A DNA stretch of 64,000 nt from Octopus sinensis (taxonomy: Eukaryota): positions 73,470,001 to 73,534,000 of the forward strand of contig NC_042999.1 in NCBI RefSeq assembly GCF_006345805.1. Direction: 5' to 3'. Position numbers and translations under genes: made by a program. Shown one piece after another: positions 1-9,300 of this stretch (its first letter is position 1; every line of letters starts with the position of its first letter). The notes under the pieces are model-generated. The model was given only the letters and a program-made list of their open reading frames with translations, was not told where the DNA came from and made no database searches.

Positions 1-681
1 TAAACTTTAACAATTTCATCATCATCATCATTTCATGTGGGTTTTCCATGTTGATATCGGTTAAGGGATTTGACAGAATTCAGGAAGCCATAGGGCTGCA
101 GTGAGTACCAATGTCAACTTTGGTGTGTTTTCTATGGCTGGATACCCTTCCCAATGTCTTCTACCTTAATTTTTTTTTTATACTCAATTGTTACAGCATA
201 CAAATTTTTGCCAATGATAAAGTATGTGTGAACATCATTCGTCAATACAAAAAGATTTGGAAAATGTTGATAGTCATCATCATCCTCATTTAATGTCCAA
301 TCTCCATGCTGGCAAGGGTTATGTGGTTTGACTGAAGCTGATAAACCAGAGACCTCAATCAGGTTCCAGGCTGATTTGGCATGGTTTCAACAGCTGGATG
401 CGCTCCCTAACACCAACCACTCCAGGGGTGTAATGGGTGCCATTTACATGACACCAACAACAACCACAACTACGATTCACAGGGACCATTTACAGGACGC
501 CAGCAATGACCACGACTACAATGCACGAGTGCCATTTATATGGCACCAGCATCAACCACAACTATGATTCACAGGTGCTCTTTACATGACACCATCAATG
601 ACCAGAACTACAATTCATAGGTGCCATTTACCATAGGTGCCAATTCATAGGAGACCCTACCAACATATTTAATTTTACAAA

Positions 682-757
<76 letters not shown>

Positions 758-759
<2 letters not shown>

Positions 760-916
760 ACAGGCTTCTTTCAGTTTCCGTCTACCAAATCCACTCACAA
801 GGCTTTGGTTGGCCCGAGGCTAGAGTAGACGACACTTGCCCAAAGTGCCACACAGTGAGACTGAACCCGGAACCATGTGGCTGGTAAGCAAGCTACTTAC
901 CTCACAGCCACTCCTG
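758..916 (-). mobile_element. tRNA-derived SINE (CORE-like), 5' part
   Basis: Reverse complement begins caggagtggctgtgaggtaag (A box), ggttcagtc (B box), then tgggcaagtgtc; same family as 40176-40565. Confidence 0.8.
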
Positions 917-922
917 TCCCTA

Positions 923-2171
923 TAACGTATAACATCCTTTTTTTTTTTTCAGATTCTTCAGTTTTTGGGTGACCCATGCTAACAGCTTTTGAATGAAAAT
1001 AGCCCATCTAGACATTTTTTTTTCAGAAAATGAAAGGTAATGATATATATTAAGCATACATTGAGTATATATTTAACAGAAAACCATAATAATAATATAA
1101 CATTTATTGACATAATGAATTATTTAGCCACATTAGTGCCATTTCAACAGATAACTTCAAAAATCCTATTAGTCATGGAGTCTGTCAATTTCTTAATAGT
1201 AGCAGACTGGACTGCCTCTGCTGCAGCTTTGATGGTCACCCATAAGACATCTTTCAACATAAATTGGCATAAACATCTTGTTTAATGATGTACCAAAGAT
1301 TTTCAATAGGGTTGAGATTCAGAGATGCTAGCAGCCACACCATCAATCTTTCACCTTGTATGCCGTTAAGACCCTAGGAATGCTTGGATGGTCCCAGCAG
1401 AGTGGGAGGGAGTGATGACATGCATGAATATGAGATTCCTTAGAAGTGACAGCAGTATGTCATCTAACCAAAGATCCAAGACCTCCTCCATGAGATTGTA
1501 GTAGGTGGCTGCAGTCACTTTAACCTCTTCGGGCACCCTAACTGGACCAACAGGTCTCTCCTCGATGACACCAGCCCACAACATGACTCCTCAACCCTGT
1601 TGTTGATATTGTAAACGTTGGTGACACTCATCTCCAGAACAGACCCAAACATTTGCCCACCCATCAGATTCAAGTGTCAACCTGATTTCGTCAGTGAACA
1701 GAATGCAACTCAAGTCTAACATCATGTACTTTTGGGCTCACTGAAGCCTCAAACTCATGTGAGGAGGCAGTTTCAGGATTCTCGCATGGAAGCCATGGTT
1801 CGATTTCTGGTGGTTTTCGGTACATGAGTAAGTCCAGAGGTAGTGAAAATAGCTTTGATTGTCTGTCCTGGTTTCCCATGTAACTTGCGACCAATATTCC
1901 TTAAATCCCTAGCTATCATAGTCTTGGAGGTCCCACAATCGGATTGTTTCTTCTTTGGTGCTCATGTGGCTGAATAATTCATTATGTCAATAAATGTTAT
2001 AATATTATTATGGTTTTCTGTTAATTATATATTTAATGTATGCTTAATATCATTACCCTTCATTTTCTGGAAAAAAATGTCAAGATGGGCTATTTTCATT
2101 CAAAAGCTATTAACATGGTTCACCCAAAAACTGAAGAACCTGAAATAAAAAAAAAGAGACGTTGCGCAGAA
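923..2171 (-). mobile_element. Decayed Tc1 (DD34E) transposon with ~210-bp terminal inverted repeats
   Basis: Inverted repeats at ~923-1133 and ~1964-2171, TA-flanked. Minus-strand remnants LFTDE (~1690), MLWAGVI...FMHVITPSH (ORF 1366-1584) and LNPIENLW (~1300); frameshifted. Confidence 0.85.
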
Positions 2172-2232
2172 TAATGAAAACATAACAATGGTGTTGCTGT
2201 AGTGTGCAAACCAGCTGAGAAAAGTTTTATCA

Positions 2233-5049
2233 AAATGGGTAGATAAAGTAATTGAGGTAATCAGAGTATGCGACAGAATACTTAAGATTAGATTAGCGCT
2301 TCATCATAGTTTAGCAACCATTATATCAGCCTATGCTCCTCAGTCGGGGCTACCTGATGGACAGAAAGACCGATTCTATGACACTCTACTGCAGACTACC
2401 TCGTTGACGAACGACAGAGACCTTCTCTTTGTGGCTGGTGACTTCAATGGTCACGTTGGACGACATGCTGGGGGCTTCCACGGCGTACATGGAGGCTATG
2501 GCTCTGGTTCCCGCAACGAGGAGGGAACCAGGCTGCTGGAGTTCTGCGATGCAAATAATCTTATGATTTGCAACACTAACTTCAGGAAACCTACCAGCCA
2601 CCTAGTCACCTACCGATCGGGCCAACATACCAGCCAAATTGACTACATCCTTGCCAGGCAAAGGGAGAGATGGCTACTTATAAATGCCAAAACTTTCCCA
2701 GGCGAAGAATGCACCCCACAACATAGACTGGTAGTTAGTGACTTTAGGATCAGGAGTAGGAGGACAACCAGAGGACGACCAACATGGAGAAGAAGGATCT
2801 GGAAGCTTAAGGATCCTGTGAATGGACAGAGATTTAGAGACATGTTACTTGAAGCCTTTGACGAAGTAGAAGGGGAAAGAGTATCACATGGGGTAGAGGA
2901 CAACTGGACGTTTCTAAGGGACAACCTGCTGAGAGCCACTGACCAGATCTGTGGCTGGTGCAAAGTCCCCTCTCGTCCCAAGGTGACGTGGTGGTGGAAC
3001 AGTGTCGTAGACAGGGCTATTAGAGAAAAGAGACAGACTTGGAAGCACTGGAAGAATGGTGGTAGCAGGGAATTGTATCAGACTGCTAAAAGGGAAGCTA
3101 GGAGACAGGTCTATCTAGCCAGAGGGGAAGCAGATAAGAAAAAATTTGCCAATGTTCTGCGCCGTGAGGACCAAAGACTGGAGGTGTTTCGCGTTGCAAG
3201 ACAGTGTGTGAGAGAGAATTGTGATGTGGTGGGAGAGGAGTGTGTTCGCATGGAAGATGGTTCACTTGCGCTAAATGAGGATGCAAAGAGAGAGGCTTGG
3301 AGACGCCACTATGAAAGGTTGCTGAATAAAGAAAATAAATGGGATAAAGAGAGTCTGCCGAACGTTGACCCAACAGAGGGACCAGCTATCAGGGTTGATA
3401 GTTCCTTAGTAGCTAAGGCAATTAGAAGCATGAAGACAGGGAAAGCCCCAGGCCCATCAGGTATCACTGCAGAGATGCTCAAAATATCTGGTAGTGTCGG
3501 CTATAGCCTAGTCACCTGTATAGTTAATCAGGTGATACATGAAGGAGTCATACCCAATGACTGGTGTAGCAGCATAATAGTCAACTGCTACAAAGGTAAA
3601 GGTGATGCCCTAGATACAAATAATTACAGAGGTATCAAGCTGTTGGATCAGGTGATGAAGGTTACAGAGAGGGTCATAAGCCAACTAATTAGAGAGAGAG
3701 TTAGTTTAGATGAGATGCAGTTTGGTTTCGTGCCAGGGAAAAGTACCACTGATGCTATATTCCTGGTAAGGCAGCTGCAGGAGAAATACCTAGCCAAAGA
3801 TAAGCCCCTGTACCTGGCTTTTGTTGACATGGAGAAAGCCTTCGACAGGGTCCCCCGATCCCTCATATGGTGGTCAATGAGGAAACTAGGAATAGATGAA
3901 TGGTTAGTGAGAGCTGTGCAAGCTATGTACAGGGACGCTGCTAGTAAGGTGAGGGTTGGAAATGAGTACAGTGAAGAATTCCGGGTAGAGGTAGGGGTCC
4001 ACCAAGGCTCAGTCCTCAGCCCCCTCCTATTTATCATAGTCCTCCAGGCAATAACGGAGGAATTCAAGACAGGATGCCCCTGGGAGCTCCTCTATGCTGA
4101 TGACCTTGCTCTAATTGCTGAGTCATTATCAGAACTGGAGAAGAAGTTCCAGGTGTGGAAGCATGGTTTAGAATCGAAGGGCCTTAGAGTCAACCTAGCT
4201 AAAACCAAAGTCCTAATAAGTAGGAAGGTAGACAAATCACAAACGCCTGCAGGTAGATGGCCCTGCTCGATCTGTAGAAAAGGTGTAGGTAGAAACTCTA
4301 TAAGATGCACCAAGTGTAAGCTATGGACACATAAGAGGTGCAGCAATGTCATAGGAAGGCTAACTAGGAAGATGGTTTTTGTATGTGGCAGATGCTCGGG
4401 AGCATTAACCTCTGAAAATCTGCAGAAAACAACTTCCGTCACTTTCCAGGGGGAAAAACTAGAAGTAGTTGATAGCTTCCGTTATCTTGGTGACCAAGTC
4501 AGTAGTGGGGGTGGGTGTGCTGAAAGTGTAATGGCTAGAGTAAGAATAGCCTGGGCAAAGTTTAGGGAGCTCTTACCTCTGTTGGTGACTAAAGGCCTCT
4601 CGCTCAGAGTAAAAGGCAGACTGTATGATGCATGTGTACGAACAGCCATGCTACATGGCAGTGAAACATGGGCCGTGACTGCTGAGGACATGCGTAAGCT
4701 CGCGAGAAATGAAGCTAGTATGCTCCGTTGGATGTGTAATGTCAGTGTTCATAGTCGACAGAGTGTAAGTACCTTGAGAGAAAAGTTGGACCTAAGAGGA
4801 ATCAGATGTTGTGTGCAAGAGAGACGATTGCGATGGTATGGTCATGTGGTGAGAATGGATGAAGATAGGTGTGTGAAAAAGTGCCACACCCTGGCAGTTG
4901 AGGGGACCTGTGGAAGAGGTAGACCCAGGAAAACCTGGGTCGAGGTGGTGAAGCATGACCTTCGAACTCTAGGTCTCACCAAGGAAATGACCAGAGACCG
5001 AGACCTATGGAAGTATGCTGTGCGTGAGAAGACCCGGCAAGACCAGTGA
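2233..5049 (+). CDS. RTE ORF: partial APE endonuclease, reverse transcriptase, internal PHD-type finger
   Basis: Frame is open upstream of the listed ORF (KWVDKVIEVIRVCDRIL...SAYAPQ). Motifs AGDFNGHVG, SQIDYIL, HRLVV, NYRGIKLL, FVDMEKAFDRV, GVHQGSVLSP, LLYADD, FRYLG, GRGRPRKTW. No stops; N-terminus of the endonuclease is missing. Confidence 0.95.
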   Translation, partial: KWVDKVIEVIRVCDRILKIRLALHHSLATIISAYAPQSGLPDGQKDRFYDTLLQTTSLTNDRDLLFVAGDFNGHVGRHAGGFHGVHGGYGSGSRNEEGTRLLEFCDANNLMICNTNFRKPTSHLVTYRSGQHTSQIDYILARQRERWLLINAKTFPGEECTPQHRLVVSDFRIRSRRTTRGRPTWRRRIWKLKDPVNGQRFRDMLLEAFDEVEGERVSHGVEDNWTFLRDNLLRATDQICGWCKVPSRPKVTWWWNSVVDRAIREKRQTWKHWKNGGSRELYQTAKREARRQVYLARGEADKKKFANVLRREDQRLEVFRVARQCVRENCDVVGEECVRMEDGSLALNEDAKREAWRRHYERLLNKENKWDKESLPNVDPTEGPAIRVDSSLVAKAIRSMKTGKAPGPSGITAEMLKISGSVGYSLVTCIVNQVIHEGVIPNDWCSSIIVNCYKGKGDALDTNNYRGIKLLDQVMKVTERVISQLIRERVSLDEMQFGFVPGKSTTDAIFLVRQLQEKYLAKDKPLYLAFVDMEKAFDRVPRSLIWWSMRKLGIDEWLVRAVQAMYRDAASKVRVGNEYSEEFRVEVGVHQGSVLSPLLFIIVLQAITEEFKTGCPWELLYADDLALIAESLSELEKKFQVWKHGLESKGLRVNLAKTKVLISRKVDKSQTPAGRWPCSICRKGVGRNSIRCTKCKLWTHKRCSNVIGRLTRKMVFVCGRCSGALTSENLQKTTSVTFQGEKLEVVDSFRYLGDQVSSGGGCAESVMARVRIAWAKFRELLPLLVTKGLSLRVKGRLYDACVRTAMLHGSETWAVTAEDMRKLARNEASMLRWMCNVSVHSRQSVSTLREKLDLRGIRCCVQERRLRWYGHVVRMDEDRCVKKCHTLAVEGTCGRGRPRKTWVEVVKHDLRTLGLTKEMTRDRDLWKYAVREKTRQDQ

Positions 5050-5100
5050 GAACAATCAAAATCAAATCATATATCAGAAAGCAGGGGTTAAGTGACCCAT

Positions 5101-5890
5101 CTGTTCGTGTCCGCTGTCAGCCTCGTCTGGCACCCGTGCCGGTGATACGTAAAAGCACCATTCGCTCGTTGCCGTTTGCCAGCTCTGCCTGGCCCCATGT
5201 CGGTGGCACGTAAAAGCACCATCCGTTCGTGTTCGTTGCCAGCCTCGCCTGGCCCCGTGCCGGTGACACGTAAAAGCACCGTCCGTTCGTGGCCGTTTGC
5301 CAGCTCTGTCTGGCCCCGTGTCGGTGGCACGTAAAAGCACCATCCGTTCGTGGCTTTTTGCCAGCTCTGTCTGGCCCCGTGTCGGTGGCACGTAAAAGCA
5401 CCATCCGTTCGTGTCCGTTGCCAGCCTCAGCTGGCCCCCGTGCCAGTGACACGTAAAAGCACCGTCCGCTCGTGGCCGTTTGCCAGCTCTGTCTGGCAAC
5501 CGTGTCGGTGGCACGTAAAAGAACCATCCGTTCGCGTCCGTTGCCAGGCTCGGCTGGCCCCCGTGCCGGTGACACGTAAAAGCACCGTCCATTCGTGGCC
5601 GTTTGCCAGCTCTGTCTGGCCCCGTGTTGGTGGCACGTAAAAGCACCATCCGTTCGTGTCCGTTGCCAGCATCGCCTGGCCCCGTGCCGGTGACACGTAA
5701 AAGCACCGTCCATTCGTGGCCGTTTGCCAGCTCTGTCTGGCCCCGTGTTGGTGGCACGTAAAAGCACCATCCGTTCGTGTCCGTTGCCAGCATCGCCTGG
5801 CCCCGTGCCGGTGACACGTAAAAGCACCATCCGTTTGTGGCCGTTTGCCAGCTCTGTCTGGCACCTGTGCAGGTGGCACGTAAAAAACAC
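5101..5890 (+). repeat. Tandem array of ~13 ~60-bp units (alternating A/B types) in the RTE 3'UTR
   Basis: cacgtaaaagcacc recurs about every 60 bp; units alternate gccagctctgtctggc and gccagcctcgcctggc variants. Confidence 0.9.
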
Positions 5891-6234
5891 CCACTACACT
5901 CGCGGAGTGGTTGGCGTTAGGAAGGGCATCCAGCCGTAGAAACACTGCCAGATCTGACTGGGCCTGACGAAGCCTTCCAGCTTCACAGACCCCTGTTGAC
6001 CCGTCCAACCCATGCTAGCATGGAAAGCGGACGCTAAACGATGATGATGATGATGATGATGATTCACAGAAGACCGAAAAATCCTAAATTTCACTCCTAT
6101 GCTATTAACATGGTTCTAGGTGTATATTGATGAACAGATAATCTAAATGTAGGAGATCATATCATAATTATTTGATTTGTGTGGAGTTTCAAGACTTCAG
6201 TTTAACTAGCTGAATATTAGAATATTAAGATTAC

Positions 6235-6343
6235 CTGATGTATGTGGCTGTGTGTCGTCTGCCTGTGTGGGGTAGGACAATGGAGAAGTTACCTGCAAAA
6301 ACAGCTTCATGAAGGACAGTATAAACGTATTTACTGTCAGGAC
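6235..6343 (-). CDS. CIROP: Coding exon 16 (end of SEA-like module)
   Basis: (G)PDSKYVYTVLHEAVFAGNFSIVLPHTGRRHTATYI; ctttcAG / GTAATC; ends in phase 2 with no stop, so the gene continues. Confidence 0.8.
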
Positions 6344-9300
6344 CTGAAAGAAACAAAAAAATAAAATATGCCAGGAAATCTTGATATTGTTCTGTGGTAA
6401 GTAGTAAAGGAGAAAACCACAGTATGTTTTGAGTATTACTAACACTCACTTTCTTTCAGTCATGTTTCTTTCTATTATATATCATATTTTAACAGAAAAA
6501 AGCATAAAAACATTCCTTCTGACCTCATTAGAGAAGCAAATACTTTACCATACTTGCTGAAAGAATCACAAAGTAAATGTACATAATTGTACAGTTATCA
6601 GTAAAGTAAAATACAGAAGTAAGATCATTCAAAGATACACAGAAAACAATGGTTAAGTTAGTACTCCAAAACAATAATAGTCCTGAAAGTTATGGTACCA
6701 CTTGGTAGACTTTTGTTTTTTATAAGTTAATCAGGAGAGGAGGGTGTTATGAATTTTATCTTTTCCTCATCATCATTTAACGTCCATTTTCCATGCTAGC
6801 ACTGGTTGAACAGGTTGACTGGAGCTAGTAAAACTAGGGGCTGCACCAGGCACTATTGTCTGTTCTAGCATAGTTTCTACATCTAGATGATACTGGTGCT
6901 GGCGCCACATAAAAAGCACTTATGTTGGTACCAAGTTAAAACACTAACTACTCCATACTGAGTGTTTTAACTTGGCACCAACATAAGTGCTTTTTATGTG
7001 GCACCAGCACCAGTATCAATTCTGTTGTGGCCAACAGGTCTGTGTTTGTAATACACTGAACCACAAAAGAAATGCAATATTTTCAAATGAAATTTTTCTA
7101 TGGTAAATTCTGAAAATTTATTTCGAGGATGTAAATATAAATATTCCAAAACAAGCTGATTTATAGCTGAGACCCAAATTAGTGCAGCTGCATTGAATAC
7201 CATGGGTGGCAGTCACAAACAAGTGTCATGAAAACTGAAATGCACATGCATCATGTGGAGGTTATGGGTATAAAAATCAACTTGAACCATGCTCCTAACA
7301 TTCATAATTTGGACGCATCAGGTATGACCCGATTGTCAGCAGTACAGAGAGAACAAGCTATCAGCCGATTGCAAGCAGGGCAACATGCCCTGGTTTTTGC
7401 AATAGCTTACAATGTCCATCTCAGCACCATCTATCACCTGCAACAGCGATACCAACAGCACTGTGGACCATGCCTGCAGAGGGCGCCCCCAGGTGACCAC
7501 GCCCATGCCAGACCATTTCATCCACTTGCAACACTTCCGTGATCGCTTCAGACTGGCCAGCATCACAGCTTGCAAGACCATTGGCACTAGACAGTGATCT
7601 CTCAGCAACAACATGGTACAATGTTGACTAGCTGCCAACAACCTGTGTTGCCACTGTCCTTCTTAAGGGCCAGTCTTCACCACCCACCACCATCAGGCAC
7701 AACTACAGTGGGCTACACAGCACCGACATTGGCAGCATCAACAATGGAGGTTGATAGTCTTCTCTGATGAGAGCCAGTACTGCATGTCCACCTCAGATTG
7801 CAGAGTGACAGTGTGGTGTAGGAGAGGTGAACGCTACAGAGATGCATGTGTCATGGAGAGAGATGCATGGGGTGGTCAAAGTATCCTGGTTTGGGGTACT
7901 ACAGGCCTGAATCAGAGAACTGGGCCCTATGTGTTCCAAAATGTTGGTGCAGGTAGAGGGAATAGCATCACAGCGGAGTGCTGTGTTGACCTGATCCTAA
8001 AATTCCACAACGTGCCTTTCTTTGCACGTCACCATAGTCACATGTTCCAGCAGGACAATGCTCCCTCCCACATGGCTAGGGTCACCATGGATTTCCTACA
8101 TCAGCACAACATCAGAACTATGCAGTGGCCTGCTCTCAGCCCAGATTTAAACCTGTGAGATAAAATCTAGAGACAGCTGAACCAGGCTGACAACTTGTGT
8201 GGAACTGGAGGCAGCTTTCCTCAGGGTGTGGGTAGAGGTGCCAATGACTTTTGTGAACGGCCTCATGCACTCCATGTAGTGACGATGTGTGGCCATTTTG
8301 AATACTCAGGGAAGGCATACACGGCATTGAACATTCACTTATTTTTTGTGTTTTACTGCATAAAGATCACTAACTGCCTACCTTGAGTAATTACTGACAG
8401 CATGTGCCTCAAATATATATATATATATATATATATCATCATCATCATCGTTTAACATCTGCTTTCCATGCTAGCATGGGTTGGACGATTTGACTGAGGT
8501 CTGGCGAACCAGATGCACCAGACTCCAATCTGATCTGACAGAGCTTCTACAGCTGGATGCCCTTCCTAATGCCAACCACTCCGAGAGTGTAGTGGGTGCT
8601 TTTACGTGCCACTGGCACAAGGGCCAGTCAGGCAGTACTGGCAATGAACACACTCAAATGGTGCTTTTTATGTGCCACCTGCACAGGAGCCAGTCCAGTG
8701 GCACTGCCAACGACCTCGCTTGAATGTTTTTTGATGTGCCACCAGCACAAGTGCTAGTAAGGCAATGCAGGTAACGATCACGTTCAAATGGTGTTTTTTT
8801 ATAAACACACACACACACACATTTACCTTTTCAATTTCTTTTTCAACTTAACCAACTAAGATCCTCTTTCTATAACATTTGTGTGAGTTTGTTGTGAAGC
8901 CTTAAAAAGAATACAATAAAAGACAACTCAAATTGCTTAGGGAATTAATTCCTTGATGCTGAATTAAAGAAGCTATAAGATAAATAATAGATATTTTTAC
9001 AGTTCTGTGTAAAAGAGCTTCACTTACCACTCATGTTAGCATTTGGAGGGAGTAGTTGGAATGTAACAATGATAGAACCACGGCGAACAAGAAAATTTAC
9101 TAGCCGCCGTCTGTCAAGAGGCTGAATCTCTATTATCTTGTCAATAATTATCTGTGGTAAATTTGGAATCTGATCTGCTTTAAGAAGTTCGTGGTAATCC
9201 ATATCCTCAAATATGACATTAAATATATATGGTGAAGAATGGGATGTAGCTGTAAATAAAAGAAAGAAATAACAAGACACTTGAGCATACAAGAGAGTTG

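Larger units (their letters stand above)
2233..6063 (+). mobile_element. RTE-clade LINE, 5'-truncated, with long repetitive 3'UTR and (GAT)n tail
   Basis: Open frame to 5049, 60-bp-unit array at 5101-5890, conserved tail ggttggcgttaggaagggcatccag...ccatgctagcatgg...(gat)n. No clear TSD. Confidence 0.93.

Noticed and set aside
1-920. Terminal (transmembrane-coding) exon of the M8 gene
   Set aside because: Only SINE/RTE-tail remnants and (TA)n are present; no phase-2 acceptor with a hydrophobic frame, so the exon is presumed outside the window
2643-4691. Several antisense ORFs over the RTE ORF
   Set aside because: Shadows of the coding strand; no recognisable motifs
5101-5890. Regularly spaced repeats resembling a CRISPR array
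   Set aside because: The 'spacers' are themselves repeated, the context is a eukaryotic LINE 3'UTR, and there are no cas genes
5074-6008. Long minus-strand ORFs of 193-257 aa (also 49746-50249)
   Set aside because: Products of the GC-rich ~60-bp tandem array; repetitive translation in all frames
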